Source: Marsupella aquatica (taxonomy: Eukaryota > Plantae > Marchantiophyta). Taken from it: a stretch of DNA of 64,000 bases. Under the pieces are notes generated by a model that made no database searches, was not told the DNA's origin, and saw nothing but the letters and a program-made list of their open reading frames with translations. The position numbers were made by a program, and so were the translations under genes. Numbering within the stretch: position 1 is the stretch's first letter; every line of letters starts with the position of its first letter. The stretch lies in NCBI GenBank assembly GCA_973895155.1, contig OZ316897.1, positions 22,977,455-23,041,454 of the forward strand, written 5' to 3'. Positions 13,679 to 27,590 of this stretch are shown here, in pieces.

Positions 13679-13843
13679 ATCAGGAATGTAGAGTAGAGTA
13701 CCTAAATCCCTTATGACTTTTCAATTGTAGATATTTGTACTTTATGGAAGAGAATGGAAGAGAATGCCCAGTGCAAGGGCATTTGTGTACAGTAATGTAC
13801 TTGTATGAAGGCCAAGTGCAGAACCTTATGGCAAAATGACTAG

Positions 13844-16570
13844 GGAGTCTCAAAGTTGGCAATTTGATGTATCTTAACTCCCTTAAAAGTTATGTATTAC
13901 AAAATTCATAGTCCATAACTTTTTGCCATAAGGACTGGTCTTATGTCATAACCATTAGTTAATCTAGAGGCTGGTGAAAGAAAAAAACAAAAAAAAGTTT
14001 ACAAAGTCTTGTGACAAAATTATGACCTATTCTTTATGACCAAATGTCATAGTCCTTAATTTCCAAGCTTTGAGACTCCCTCACAAAGGGAGAGAGCTCT
14101 ACATCAAATCCTGAATACTTGTTGAATTCTAAAAAACCAGTCAATCATTCTGTGCTTGAACACACAAACAAGTGTATGACATGAAAACAATCTTATACCA
14201 ACATCCTTCCGCAATGAATCACCGACGTACTGTGATCTCAACTGTTAAAACTTTCAAGACATTGTTCAATGGGCCAATGCTACCACAAGATATTCAAGGC
14301 ATTTAGAGATTCATTCCATTGCTAGCAACCAAGGGTTAGAAGTGAGATCAGGCAAATGTTTTTTCACCCAGGCATGGTTGGCTTAGATCTAGAATACATT
14401 TGTTCTGGGCAGTTTTTCCGCTACAGTAGTTGTAACACCCTTACCCCAACCTGGGGTCCAGCTACATGCACACCTATAGCAGCATAGCAAGGGCAGTAAC
14501 AACAGGAAAAGAGGTGAAATATGCAGCAGGAGCATCGTCAAATATCTCTCTCCCCCTTGCTATCAAAATATTTTGAAGACTCTATTATTGGTTAGGTGGG
14601 CTCCTTTGACAGGCAGCTCAAGATTGTCCCACATAGGCTGGTTCCACAGGATCACCACTATCCATTTTGACAAGGCAGTTCCCTCAGCGGATTATGAAGT
14701 CATTACAACATGCTCAAATCTGAGTGATCATTGTAGATCTATAGGGAGTGGGTACTACCACACTTAACGAAGACTTGCAGATTTGTTTTGACAATAGACG
14801 TATACCATTAGATCATCACACTACTAGAGCCCGGTAGATCTTTATTTCTTTATTTTTGTCTTCTTTCTAAGTTTTTCCACATTGCATTTGCCCACTTCTT
14901 TCCACTTTTTGTGTTTGTCCTTTCTTGACCCCTTTTGCTTTTACTACTTGACGTTTGTTGGGCACTATTTAGTAAACTGGTCCTTTTTCCCCTCAGCCCC
15001 TACATGAGGCAATGTCTTCAGAAAAAGCATCCCAGCCTACCTGTAGCTTTATTCAAGACAATGCCATACTGTGATTGAGTGAAATTCCTCCTTGGAATGT
15101 CATTTGTGGCATTTGTACAATCCGTTGCCCGAGTCACAAAAGCTTGTCTTATCCCCACTTTTGGGTGGGTTTTGGTGTTTAGGGCTTTCACACATGGTGG
15201 GTTTCAAACCCACTACCTGTGCCTTCCCACTCAGCTCGACACTGCTATGCACTCCGCTTGCTGCTGGGAAATGGGGATCTATTTTTGGTATTCATTTTTA
15301 TAGTAAACATCCAGTCCGGGCAGCATCAGGTGGGCAGCAGTATGGAGAGTCATTAATGACTTGCACGGGACGGGTAGCCCTGAGTCCATAGTGAGAAGGC
15401 TGGATGTGCAATTTCCAATGACCACTTCATCCATTGATGTCACAAACAGGACCAGGCAAGTTTGCCCCCTACAATCCGAATCATCTTTTAGTGAGGCCTA
15501 GGCAGATCTAGAATGCAGTACTTTACTGTATTTTGTTCTTGATTTGCTGACGTGCTGACAGCGTTCATGACCCAAGTGTGTGCGTTGAGGGAGGGGGGGT
15601 GGCGGGCGCACTACTATAAGAGCTCTCCCACTGGTTCCTCTTAAAAACCCATTGCCTAAAGTGGCTTTTGAGGCAGGCAACCAGCCTGGTTCGACCCCTG
15701 GTAGTGTACCGCCACTGGCTCGGAAGCAAAACCTTGTGAATCCAGATTCTCAAAATTAGTCGATGATGTCGGCTTCCCCCAACCTGGTGGAGAGTGGCAG
15801 TTTAAATTTTGTACTTGAATTTTGTGTAACACAAGGATCTAGGAGCACTGGACTCCTTAGTGATTACCTTTTGCTCACTTCTTTTTTGGTTTGGTTTTGT
15901 TCACTTGGGCCCTCTTTTGTTTGTTTTTTTATATTCTGTTTGGTCCCTTTGTATATAAAAAGTGTGTATATTCCATCTAGGAGCAGGGACAAGTATGGAA
16001 GTTGGGGCCACTCTGCTGCTTGGGAGCCCTATGCTGAATTCTACTAAAATGGAGCACAGTTGTTGCATGGGGATGGGGCAACCCCAGGGTGGAGGACATC
16101 TCCCTGCCGGTTTCTGGAAGGTAAGAGTGGTGAGCCCGACCCCCACAAAGGTGGGCATGGGATATATTTTAAGCTCCAACAGGCCAAAGGCATCCCCGCC
16201 GGCGTGTTAGGTGGAGTGCTTTAACTTGTAAGTATATATAAATTGCAAGACATGCGTTGTTGAAACAATTCATGGAAGTAAAAATAATAAATACATTTTG
16301 TTGTTGCATTTTTATCTTTGTGAGGTCTGTTTGATATGGATGATGGCCATAAAGTAATGGTGATAACTTTTCACAAGGTTGCTGTAGTTTTTTAATTTGT
16401 TTTTTCTTTGACCAACCTTTACAATTACTAAAGCTAAAGGCATAAGACCAATCCTTCTGGGAAAAAATTATGGACTATGACTTTTGTGGGTCATAACTTT
16501 TTGTCTCCTTTTAACACATAGCTAGGGACTAGGGAGTCAAGGTCCATCAAATTGTGCGCTTTGAGACCCC
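13844..16570. mobile_element. Non-autonomous TIR DNA element, ~110-130-bp imperfect TIRs, possible 3-bp TSD TAG (PIF/Harbinger-like)
   Basis: 13844-13947 is the reverse complement of about 16439-16570 (ggagtctcaaag...atttgatg...aaaagttatg...catagtccataa...ggtcttatg). TAG flanks both ends. A further inverted end, ctttgagactccc, lies at 14068-14080. Confidence 0.6.
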
Positions 16571-17598
16571 TAGAAGTGAAGTATCCAATCCAGACACACT
16601 TCTTAGCTTAGCCAAAGAGAGGTAAGACTCCCGTGCGATTGACAAAGTGCGTTCTCCGTTTGGGCTGTTTCAATTGCAACGTTCGTTTGCGGGTGAACTT
16701 CTTTCGCTCTGCCCCAGGGGAGCTGGTCCGAAGTGTATGGACCCAAAGGGATTCGAGGTCGTTTCAGTGTCACTCGGGCTATGGAGGACTCTCCCTTGTC
16801 CCTGCGGCGATTGATTCTTGGGAAGGCATCCGGCCAAAGGCCATGAAGAAGGTGTCATAGGCGCGTCCTCACACTACCAGAAAGGCACCACCTTCCTGAA
16901 TCCTGACGTTCTCAGGGGGCCCATCTTGCCGCAGTGCAACCTAAATCTGTGGAGACTGATGGTAAAGAGTCGGAGAGTATCAAAACTATCAAACGAGTGG
17001 GGACCCACCTCCTTCGCTCGCTCGTTCCGTCCATCCCGGAGGCGGAGCAATCCTCCAGCCAGCCTATCAAGTCCGCAGGAGTCGGGAGTTCGGGACGCAA
17101 CCCAACGAGAAAAAGCTCCCGGCCGGGAGATTTGCCGGGAGGGGGCAAGTAATTGGTAATTGGTAGGACTCGTGCGTGTGCCAGTGCGCCTCGTCCCCCA
17201 CACGGCGAGAAAAGCGCCCATTCCAACCTCTCGTGCAACAACTATGGTCCCCATCGCAACTGGCGACGCAGGGAGTCGTAGTAGTTTGCAGGGCAACGGG
17301 CGAAAGGGGCAAAAGGCCGCAGGGCGTTTTGAGGAGCTAGCTGAAGAGCGTAAATAGTCAACTCCATTTTGCCGTTCCATCCTTCCATCGTTCAGTTCAA
17401 TTTGGAGGCCTGCGAGTTCAGGCACGTTAGGATCGACGAGGTGTGTGTGGCGCTGTTGTAGTGTGGCTGCATCGATGCAGTCAGCTCGGAGGATGCAGGA
17501 GTGATCATGCTTTAGCGGCGAAGGAGGCTAGTCCGTGGGCTTCTCGTGCTTTTGGGAGGCGCAGTAGAGAAGCGCCATTTCTCTGAAGTGGTGAAGCT

Positions 17599-20499
17599 AT
17601 GGCGGACACAAGCAAGGAGGCGGGGGCGACCAAGCCGGGCCCGATGAATTTCGACGACTTGCAGAATGAGTCCGTGGACCTGGAGCACATCCCCGTGGAG
17701 GAGGTCTTTACGCAGCTCCGATGCACGAGGGAAGGGCTGTCCATGGAAGAAGGGGAGGCTCGGTTGCAGGTATTCGGCCCCAACAAGCTCCAGGAATTTT
17801 CGGAGAGTAAAATTCTGAAGTTTCTGGGGTTCATGTGGAATCCGTTGTCATGGGTCATGGAGGCTGCCGCAATCATGGCTATTGCGCTTGCTAATGGTCA
17901 GGGAGCGCCGCCCGATTGGCAAGATTTCATCGGTATCCTTACGTTGCTTCTTATCAATTCGACTATCAGTTTTATTGAGGAGAACAACGCAGGTAATGCT
18001 GCTGCTGCTTTGATGGCCCGGCTGGCGCCGAAGACGAAGGTGTTGCGAGATGGGAAGTGGGGAGAGCAGGACGCTTCCATTCTTGTCCCGGGAGACATCA
18101 TTAGCATCAAGTTGGGAGACATTGTCCCTGCTGATGCTCGTCTGCTCGAAGGTGATCCCTTAAAAATTGACCAGTCCTCTCTGACTGGAGAGTCGCTTCC
18201 TGTCACCAAGAAACCAGGCGATGAGGTTTTCTCAGGATCGACCTGCAAGCAAGGAGAAATTGAAGCCGTGGTCATTGCCACAGGGGTGCACACCTTCTTC
18301 GGCAAGGCTGCCTATCTCGTGGATAGTACCAAGTCCGTGGGGCATTTCCAAAAAGTCCTCTCAGCTATCGGAAGTTTCTGTATTTGCACAATTGCATTGG
18401 GCATTATTATTGAGCTTATCGTCATGTACCCCATCCAAAAACGACGGTATCGTGCAGGAATTAACAATCTTTTGGTTTTGCTTATCGGTGGTATCCCTAT
18501 TGCTATGCCCACTGTGCTCTCTGTTACCATGGCTATTGGCTCTCACAAGCTGTCCCAACAGGGTGCAATCACGAAGCGAATGACTGCTATCGAGGAGATG
18601 GCAGGTATGGATGTGCTTTGCAGTGACAAGACGGGTACTTTGACCCTGAACAAATTGTCTGTGGACAAGAATCTCATAGAAGTCTTCACGAAAGGTGTGG
18701 ATAGAGATTTCATCGTGCTGTCTGCAGCTAGAGCAGCGAGGACGGAGAATCAGGACGCCATTGACACTGCCATCATAGGCATGTTGGGAGATCCTAAAGA
18801 AGCTCGTGCAGGCATCCAGGAAGTTCACTTCCTGCCTTTCAATCCCGTCGACAAGCGCACGGCCATTACTTTCATCGATGAAGATGGGATCTGGCACAGG
18901 GCTAGCAAGGGGGCTCCGGAGGAGATCCTTCACTTGGCCCACAACGAGGCCGAAATTGCTGCCAGGGTGCACAGCGTGATTGATAAATTTGCTGAGCGTG
19001 GCCTTCGATCGCTCGCAGTCGCCAGGCAGCAAGTGCCAGAGAAAAGCAAGGAAAGTGACGGTGGTCCATGGGAGTTTCTCGGATTGCTACCCCTCTTCGA
19101 CCCCCCGCGACACGACAGTGCTGAAACCATTCGTGAGGCTCTCAAGTTGGGAGTCAATGTGAAGATGATTACAGGTGATCAGCTCGCCATTGCCAAAGAA
19201 ACGGGCCGAAGGCTTGGCATGGGTTCCAACATGTATCCGTCTGCAAGCTTGCTTGGAAAGAGCAAGGACGAATCTATCGAAGGACTCGACGTTGATGAGC
19301 TGATATACAAGGCCGACGGGTTTGCTGGCGTATTTCCGGAGCACAAGTACGAAATTGTGAAGCGACTCCAAGGCCAGAACCACATCTGTGGAATGACGGG
19401 AGATGGCGTGAATGATGCACCGGCGTTGAAGAAAGCAGATATAGGCATCGCTGTCTCCGATGCAACTGATGCAGCTCGTGGTGCTTCAGATATCGTGCTG
19501 ACGGAGCCTGGTCTCAGCGTCATCATCCACGCTGTGCTCACTAGTCGAGCCATCTTCCAGAGGATGAAGAACTACACCATCTACGCGGTGTCTATCACGG
19601 TCCGTATCGTCCTGGGCTTCCTCCTCCTGGCTCTGATTTGGAAGTTTGACTTCTCTCCATTTATGGTTCTGGTCATTGCCATCCTGAACGACGGTACGAT
19701 CATGACCATCTCCAAAGACAGAGTTGTTCCGTCTCCTCTCCCTGACAGTTGGAAGCTGAAAGAGATTTTTGCCACTGGAGTAGTGATTGGCACTTACTTG
19801 GCCTTGATGACGGTCCTTTTCTTCTGGGCAGCCGATAAGACTAACTTCTTCTCTAAGAGCTTTGGCGTGAGGTCAATCAGAGGTAGCAAGAGCCAACTCA
19901 CTGCCGCTGTGTATCTGCAAGTAAGTATCATCAGCCAAGCTTTGATCTTCGTGACTCGCTCGCGAGGCTTCTCTTACTTGGAACGCCCGGGCATGCTCCT
20001 GCTGCTTGCCTTCTGCCTCGCCCAACTTGTGGCAACCTTCCTGGCTGTCTATGCTGTTTGGGGATTTGCTACCATCAGAGGAGTGGGCTGGGGATGGGCT
20101 GGAGTCATCTGGCTGTACAGCATCGTCACATACATTCCTCTAGATTTCATTAAGTTTGCCATCTTCTACGTTTTGAGCGGAAGGGGTTGGGAGTTGCTGC
20201 TCGAGAACAAGACTGCGTTCACTTCGGAGAAGAACTTCGGAAAGGAGAACCGGGAGGCTCAGTGGGCACATGCACAGCGAACTCTTCACGGTCTGCACGA
20301 AGGTGGTGGAGAAGCACAAGGCTCGTCGCCATCCTTCCCACCAGCGAACGCGGATGTTCCTGCGATCGCGCAGTTGGCTCAGAGGCGTGCAGAAATTGCA
20401 AAGTTGAGGGAGCTTCACACTCTCAAGGGACATGTAGAATCTGTCGTAAAGATGAAAGGTTTGAATATGGAGCACATCCAGCAGTCATACACGGTATAG
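17599..20499 (+). CDS. AHA: Plasma-membrane H+-ATPase (P3A), 966 aa, single exon, penultimate-Thr type
   Basis: Motifs [19 protein letters not shown] and [20 protein letters not shown]; C-terminal 14-3-3 site QQSYTV. Confidence 0.97.
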   Translation: MADTSKEAGATKPGPMNFDDLQNESVDLEHIPVEEVFTQLRCTREGLSMEEGEARLQVFGPNKLQEFSESKILKFLGFMWNPLSWVMEAAAIMAIALANGQGAPPDWQDFIGILTLLLINSTISFIEENNAGNAAAALMARLAPKTKVLRDGKWGEQDASILVPGDIISIKLGDIVPADARLLEGDPLKIDQSSLTGESLPVTKKPGDEVFSGSTCKQGEIEAVVIATGVHTFFGKAAYLVDSTKSVGHFQKVLSAIGSFCICTIALGIIIELIVMYPIQKRRYRAGINNLLVLLIGGIPIAMPTVLSVTMAIGSHKLSQQGAITKRMTAIEEMAGMDVLCSDKTGTLTLNKLSVDKNLIEVFTKGVDRDFIVLSAARAARTENQDAIDTAIIGMLGDPKEARAGIQEVHFLPFNPVDKRTAITFIDEDGIWHRASKGAPEEILHLAHNEAEIAARVHSVIDKFAERGLRSLAVARQQVPEKSKESDGGPWEFLGLLPLFDPPRHDSAETIREALKLGVNVKMITGDQLAIAKETGRRLGMGSNMYPSASLLGKSKDESIEGLDVDELIYKADGFAGVFPEHKYEIVKRLQGQNHICGMTGDGVNDAPALKKADIGIAVSDATDAARGASDIVLTEPGLSVIIHAVLTSRAIFQRMKNYTIYAVSITVRIVLGFLLLALIWKFDFSPFMVLVIAILNDGTIMTISKDRVVPSPLPDSWKLKEIFATGVVIGTYLALMTVLFFWAADKTNFFSKSFGVRSIRGSKSQLTAAVYLQVSIISQALIFVTRSRGFSYLERPGMLLLLAFCLAQLVATFLAVYAVWGFATIRGVGWGWAGVIWLYSIVTYIPLDFIKFAIFYVLSGRGWELLLENKTAFTSEKNFGKENREAQWAHAQRTLHGLHEGGGEAQGSSPSFPPANADVPAIAQLAQRRAEIAKLRELHTLKGHVESVVKMKGLNMEHIQQSYTV

Positions 20500-21142
20500 T
20501 ATTGATTAGAGGCAAGGTGTTGATCGTACTCCCGTTTTTGACATTATCTGACAGGTTAAGAGATTAAGATTAGATGGACGAAAGAATTGTTGTTTGACAT
20601 GAATATTTCGTCGTGTATTATCCTACTCGTCATTTCTTCCACTTGCCCCTCGAGTTGAGGTGGATCGACACCTTCACTTAGTTTGGAAGGATGTTTTCCA
20701 CAGCCCCTGGACGGACAAGAACTAGTCCCTGTCCAGGTTTAGGCGGTGCGTGTAAATATATATTGCCTGATTAGGTTACTTTAGAGGAGAAGGTAAAAAT
20801 ACCAACTCCTCTTTGCAAATCGAGGACAGGATGGCATTGAGAAATAGTCTCCCCAGAATAGTCAATTGATCATTCTTGGGGACGAATTGAAAGTCTAATC
20901 GTATTCCGTTCTTCGATACGAGCATAGAGCCTTGTTCGGTTTTGTTTCTTTCTGCCTGAGGGAATTAAAGAATCGTACGAGACGGACTCCAAAAAGAAAT
21001 CAGGGACTGCTTTGCAGGGCGAAACTGGAGTCAGATGCATGTACAGTAGTCAGGGAGAATACTAGACACGAACAATGAAGTACATTTTCCGAGGTGGGCG
21101 CTTGACCGGTAATCTCGTATGCAATCCCCATTCACGGCTTCA

Positions 21143-21351
21143 AGAACTATTGCGCGAACGTCGTGACTATGAATTGTGAAGAAAACTACTATAGATTATT
21201 TATATGTGCCAGATTCATGCAGAGATCAGTCCATGCCTTGCTACGTTCCATCCCAAATACTACTTCGCGAACGTCGTGACCAGGAATTGTGAAGAAAAGT
21301 ACTGTAGATTAATCACATACACAGCCGATTTCATGCAGAGACCAGTCCAGG
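21143..21351. repeat. Diverged tandem duplication, ~110-bp period
   Basis: cgcgaacgtcgtgac...gaattgtgaagaaaa.tact.tagatta...ttcatgcagaga.cagtcca occurs twice. Confidence 0.75.
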
Positions 21352-22416
21352 AGACCTACACTATTCAACATAATCAATGGTGTGCAAGAGTTAGTGCTAG
21401 TAAGACTAATTGGGTGAAACTGACCGTGAATGCAAACCAACCTCTAATTCTTTTGTTGGTTTTTCAAGGTAACTTTTACACACTTGTTTACAAAGAAAGA
21501 CGGTAATTAGCACGAATAGTAACTATTTTCGCTTTTTTGCCACGGTAGTGCGAATTGCACTAATTGGAGACCACAGTAGAGCCCTGAAATAATGTTCGGA
21601 ACAAGTATAAGTAACACTTTTTAAGGTGAACAGAATCTGTGTATACATGCAAAATCCCCTGTTTCTAGACGTGTGTACATCAGGGTTTGGACCCCTAATA
21701 AGTACATGTGATACGCAAAAGTCTCGCCACCACCGGGTTAAAATAGAATACAGTGGCAGCGGAAGGGAAAGATAATATCGTGCGGGCCCGCGCGAGCCCG
21801 CGCGAGCTCCTCCTCGGGCCGCCATATATCGGCAAGATACCTGGTGCCTGGTGGATACCTGGATCGAATACCATACCGTGTTCTGTCCGTTATGCAAAGC
21901 GCATTTGCAATCTGTCAATCAGGGAGGCAAGCATGGCGGGCCCGATCAGAAAAGGATATGAAGAGTGTGTACGAAAAGCAGTGAAGTCCGGCATTTTGCC
22001 CGAGCACGATTCTCGATAGGGCTGAGCTGATAGGGCTATGGTTGAGTGGGGCAGCTGCTCTCCTCATCTGCCGTCGGCATGGGGCTTGCCAAATGCTCAC
22101 TCGACCAACGTCATTATTATTCTCTTGTAGCAACCATTCGAGGGCACTGGTGTGTGCACTGCTCGCTGAAACTGCCATAGCTTGGATGTCAACCCACAGG
22201 CGCAGGGCTCACCCGATAAATTCTCCTGAGACTTGTGTCTTGATGTTAAACATTCGATTGGGACTTGAATTTGGACTTTTGGGTCCACGGTAGTATCATG
22301 ACTTTGGACGCCATAGAGTTTGAAATTGGTCTCTCGAGAGTGAATCTCAGTTGCACTATTAGCCCACTTTTAGTTACCCAATCCTAAACGGTAAACGTCG
22401 AATAGTATTTGGTATA

Positions 22417-22647
22417 CTCTAGTGCCATCCACTAGAAATAAATATTATTAAAATTTTACAAAGGATTTTAGAGTGGTTGATACCCGAGTAGACCAGGCCC
22501 GCGAAACCATTCAACCCCCATGGATAGACACCCTTCCCCTTCCCCGAAAAAATTTAACAGCAAAATTGGACCTTCAATAGTGCTGTTACTATCCAACTGA
22601 AATTAATATTTTGTGCAGGTCCTGTATCAACCTGGATGGCACTAGGG
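22417..22647. mobile_element. Tc1/mariner-type MITE
   Basis: TIRs ctctagtgccatcca / tggatggcactaggg, flanked by TA on both sides. Confidence 0.7.
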
Positions 22648-23699
22648 TATCTTTCACTTAGTGTCCATATAGGGATTCTGGTGCGGGGAAGAGTAATTTC
22701 CAGGTCCAGCTTGTCAAGTTAAGGTTGCAAAACTGAACTCTTAGCTATTTTTTAAGTATCTTTCTGGTCCTTCCAGATACCAATGCATCTCAAGCTCCAT
22801 TTTGTGACAAATCTCACTCTTTCTATGTTCCTTGTCTGTTTCATTCTTCGACTTTCTGTGCCTCTTGAAATGATGGCAAAAACTTTCGTCAACGAAGCGA
22901 AACCTAAAGACGAAGGCGAAAATTTCGTGGGCTCACATCATTAATTTGTTGTCAGTGTCTAATCATTAGTTTTCCTGTCGTTTATTGTGAGCAAAATTTT
23001 GTGTAAAAGTATGAACGTGTGGCCAGAAATTCCCCCCATATCCAGGGTAATCTTTTAAGTGTTTTTAAAAATAGCCAGTGTCGCGAATGTTACCTTGCTT
23101 TAGGGGGGGAGGGGGTGTGCTAAGAATCTTCCTTTATCAATTTCCTATATTGACTCCTGACCAGTAGATCTCCCTATATGTATTTATGAAAATTCAGATT
23201 GTGGCTACGGAGATTTGGTGTCAAGGGAAAGTGGCGAATGAGACGGACCCCCCCCCCCCCCAAATGGAAATTTTTAGCCAGGAGTAGAGAATAATTCAGG
23301 GAGTGGGTGAAATTTGACCAACCTGGGGACGGGGTATCCGCGATTCCCTTTCTTATGTGGGGCCGGGTATCAGACCAAAAGAAGGAGAAGGAACTTACCA
23401 AAGAAGGCCTAAACAAATTGTAAGGAAGAAAATTTCGAAACTTTAAAGCCAAACAGCCCCTTTTTGCTTCGAAAGTTCTCCCCAAGGAATCACTTATGAG
23501 TTAGCAAAAAGAACATGCAAATATATAAAGTTCTCCTTTGGTTCAAGAAAAGCGAATGCTTTTCACCACTTGACTCCTTCCATAATAAAGCACCAATTTT
23601 CTCGGGACATGAGTAAAAACATGAATAATAAAACTGACGCACAAAGATTCTTAGCTGGTAGTTAGAACTTTATGTCAGAGTCCAAAGGGCAAGAAACAC

Positions 23700-24910
23700 C
23701 AAACTGGGAAATAAGATCCCAAAGGCAAAGCAACCCAATGAAGGGGAGGAAAAGAGGGGCAAGGGCCCCAAGAAAAAACATAGCCAAGGTGTCCCTAACC
23801 CAAAAGCCAACAAAAATGTAACCTATAAAGTAGTTGTGAAGGTTAACACCCTACTGAGTGGGGAACTGAAAAGTCTGGTAGAGCTCCGGAGTAAACCGCA
23901 AAGGAGGGTCCCGAAACGGAACCTGACAGGAGGCCCAAAAACCAACTGCCTCAGCCCTACAAAGGAGGATGAAAGCCTGGGCCCATTGAAGAGCCACAGA
24001 CACCCGCTGCCGAAAAAAGGCAGTGAGTACAGAAACAAGAGGGAAAGGCCTCTCAATACAATAAACATCGTAGGCCTGTAGGAACTGGTCAAAGGTAGGG
24101 TAGAGAGCACCAAAAATCTCAATGTCAAAGGGGTATAAAAGACCCCCCGAGTAGTGAACTGCATAGGCCTCCTCCGTGAGTCGGGCCGCCTTGGCAGCTG
24201 CATGGCCAGGCACATGGGCGGCAGCCGTGACATGGCTCCCCCCGGTAGGGTCAGCAACTACCACATCCTCAAGAGCACAAACCCCAGCTCTAGAAAAGAC
24301 CAGATCCACCTACTGCTGGGCAGGAAGACCACCCCAAGGGGGGAGGACATGTCGTTGCTCCATGGCGACATGGTAACCAGAGTCTTGGGCAATGGCAACC
24401 ACCACGTCCCGAATATCATCATGGGTGGCAATCCTCTCGCTCCCATGGCCACACCTCAGACAAGAAGAACATGACCTGCAGATCCAAAGCAGTGCGACAC
24501 CCAAACAGCAGCGGCCAGACAAGGATCTCCAACACATGGGGCCGAGGCACCCCAGACCGGACACCAGGCAGCCGAACCTCCACAACGGCCTCCGGTCAGC
24601 AGGTCACACGAGAAGGGAGTTGAGCAAAACGCCACGACAATGGCACCAAGGCGATGCTGCAAGCGACAAACCAAACGGGAAACGAATCTACAGAGACAAA
24701 AAAGGGATGGACACATGTCAACACGGGAATGGGGTTTAGGGCATGCACGGCCACCAAACCTGAATGAGGCAGGGGCGCAAGGCCACCCCCGGCAAGTGAC
24801 CTCCCACAGGCAAGCCATTATGGCATTAAATGCTCCCGCCTGGCGAGAAGGCCCTCCAGGCTTGGGGGGCACACGCGTGCTCTCCCCCTCCCCAAACCCC
24901 TGCGCACCTG
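23700..24910 (-). mobile_element. 3' fragment of an RLE-type (CRE-like) non-LTR retrotransposon, degenerate
   Basis: Zinc-knuckle region CLRCGHGSERIATHDDIRDVV..IA..SGYHV..EQ, followed by a PD-(D/E)xK-like RLE (*MDLVF...DVVVADP...AA..AA....E.AY....YPFDIEIFG). Boundaries approximate. Confidence 0.7.
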
Positions 24911-26604
24911 GCCACCACACGTCTTTGCTGTTCTCTGCCTCTGCCTCCGCGATTTCAGATGCAACATAAAGACCATAATACAAAAATGACTAAAATACTA
25001 AAAGCTTGACCATACAGATCGGATATCTACTCTGTTCACCGTAATTAGTGTGACTAACACTAATTCGAGAGCACCCATTCAGGGTCTAGTCACACTATTT
25101 TTGCGCACATGAGTTAGTGTTACTGTGGTCTTAAGAGTGGAAAGATAGAGAGAAAAACACTATTTTAGAAAATCCACAACAATTAGTGTTCCTTTGGACT
25201 CAAGATCATCCATTTTTTACAAGCAATTTAAACTAAAGTGGAAAAAATGTTTAATTGAAAACTGACAAAAATTAGTGTTACTTGGACTCAAAATCAGTTT
25301 TACCACCCGCGGTTTGTTTGGAGTTCATTTTGATTTGGAGACTAAGCTTTCCTTGTCACGTGAGATTTTCAATTTTGTCTTCCTTCATCTATTGCGTCTT
25401 TCAGCAAGTGACATTTTGGGGATGCGTTTGAGTATGCGGCATATTGCTTCTCTCCCAATGACTCTACATCTGGGGTTTCTCAGCTATTTCAGGTCTTTGC
25501 TCATAGTGAGGTCTATTTTTATGGCAATTACTTGGTTCTTGGGAGCTTGTCCACTTTTTGTAGAGGTTAACTCAGTCTTGGGTTGAACTATGGTCAGTAT
25601 GTTAACTAGAATTTTCTCTAACCCTAGTTGAAGAGATTGGTCCTTATCTTCCAAGTTCTAAACGGTGTGAACACACACAAGAGAGTTCTTAAGAGAGAAC
25701 AGAGGGCATATAGCAAGCGATGAGAGCTATGGTGATGCTTGAGTAGACACATAACCATTAAAAAAGCTTTGTCTTCCCATGGACATAGTTGACCTTGAGG
25801 CAAATCACGTAACTATTGAGCAAGTGTATGTTTGGAGTGTTTTTCCTGATCTGATTTCTCCCCACACGTTTGACCATGGCCAAGGAGACAATCATGGGGT
25901 GTTTGGGCCCTGGCTATTGGAGAGATTTTGTATTACCTACTTTGTAGATGGGTTTGCTTACAAATGCGGGTGAAAGGCATTTACTTCTTAGGACTATAAT
26001 AATTATTGTAGTTAGGCTAATTGTAGGCACTTGATGAGGTTAGTCATGCACTAATCGATATATGCACTAGCAACAGTTAACATGGAACTGAAGCTCATTG
26101 CTAAGGAGCCATCTCAGACCTAGGAGAACTGTATTGTGGAGACTTGGTACTCCCAACCAACCTATTTAGACTATAGTACAGCTCTCATATGTGTTCCGAA
26201 GGAGTAGCCTCTTGGGGGTGAATTACTTATTTCTTTTGTTGACTTCTTATTTGTTGGATGTTCACATGTGCATAATGTTGTGAATGATTGTGCTCAACTC
26301 AATGACCATTTTGCAAAAAACCATCATATTAAGTAGACTGTCATAAAATTCATATATGTTCAATACATGTACAAAACTTGTGTTCTCTGTTTATGTACCA
26401 TCCGTGGTCTAATACCATTGGTGCACTAATGCTGACTGGGCCTAAGCATTGATCCCTTACAATAGCACTAACCCTCCTTGTTCCAAATCATGTATAGGTG
26501 GGTGCTGCAATGCTTGAGGAGATATTAGTATCTCCGGCCCAAGCATTGAAGAGGTGTTGCAAAGAGTATCTAGTGTTGAGAAAATATCAATATCTCCCAA
26601 ACCC

Positions 26605-26740
26605 GTGCTTAGCAAAAATAACATTCACAATGACAAACCCATGATCATCCAACACACAAGTAATCAACACCAAGAGATACATGGTTCACCTCAACATATA
26701 TAGGCTACGTCCATGGGAACACAAAAGAAGTCTACAACAC
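26605..26740 (-). mobile_element. Copia LTR fragment, same family as the solo LTR at 37061-37404
   Basis: Aligns with the reverse complement of about 37275-37404 (cccatga.catccaac.cacaa...gagatac.tg.ttcacctc...ggctacgtcca.gggaacac). Confidence 0.65.
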
Positions 26741-26783
26741 GTATTCGTAATACAAGATCTCACATAACATGCTTTCAGTTATG

Positions 26784-27590
26784 ATGTTGGGGGTCACAAC
26801 TATGACTACATCATTCTCCTGCACTCCCTTCAAAGTTTCCTTTATGTACTTCCAGTTTTCATAAGGTGCTTCTTTTATCCATAATCGATTAGGGCTACCA
26901 GAGCAGATGTTGGGGGTCACAACTATGACTACATCATTCTCCTGCACTCCCTTCAAAGTTTCCTTTATGTACTTCCAGTTTTCATATGGTGCTCCTTTTA
27001 TCCATAATCGATCAGGGCTACCAAAGCAGATTTTCACCGCGTTCTCCATGTAGGCAATGAAGCTCACGCGAACTACCATGTTGGGGGTCACAACTATGAC
27101 TACATCATTCTCCTGCACTCCCTTCAAAGTTTCCTTTATGTACTTCCAGTTTTCATATGGTGCTCCTTTTATCCATAATCGATCAGGGCTACCAAAGCAG
27201 ATTTTCACCGCGTTCTCCATGTAGGCAATGAAGCTCACGCGAACTACCATGTTGGGGGTCACAACTATGACTACATCATTCTCCTGCACTCCCTTCAAAG
27301 TTTCCTTTATGTACTTCCAGTTTTCATATGGTGCTCCTTTTATCCATAATCGATCAGGGCTACCAAAGCAGATTTTCACCGCGTTCTCCATGTAGGCAAT
27401 GAAGCTCACGCGAACTACCATGTTGGGGGTCACAACTATGACTACATCATTCTCCTGCACTCCCTTCAAAGTTTCCTTTATGTACTTCCAGTTTTCATAT
27501 GGTGCTCCTTTTATCCATAATCGATCAGGGCTACCAAAGCAGATTTTCACCGCGTTCTCCATGTAGGCAATGAAGCTCACGCGAACTACC
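26784..27590. repeat. Tandem array: four essentially identical 171-bp units plus one 123-bp truncated unit
   Basis: Units start at 26784 (short), 26907, 27078, 27249 and 27420. The array creates the repetitive 293-aa minus-strand ORF. Confidence 0.95.

Noticed and set aside
16633-17425. Several overlapping 60-180 aa ORFs upstream of the H+-ATPase
   Set aside because: GC-rich promoter/5' region with no recognisable domain; likely chance ORFs.
17505-20567. Antisense and alternate-frame ORFs over the ATPase (likewise over OSTC, the transposase and Copia)
   Set aside because: Shadow ORFs of real coding sequence.
21753-22293. GC-rich segment with coding-like ORFs (MAGPIRKGYEECVRKAV...)
   Set aside because: Could be a gene remnant, but I cannot assign a family or a splice structure.
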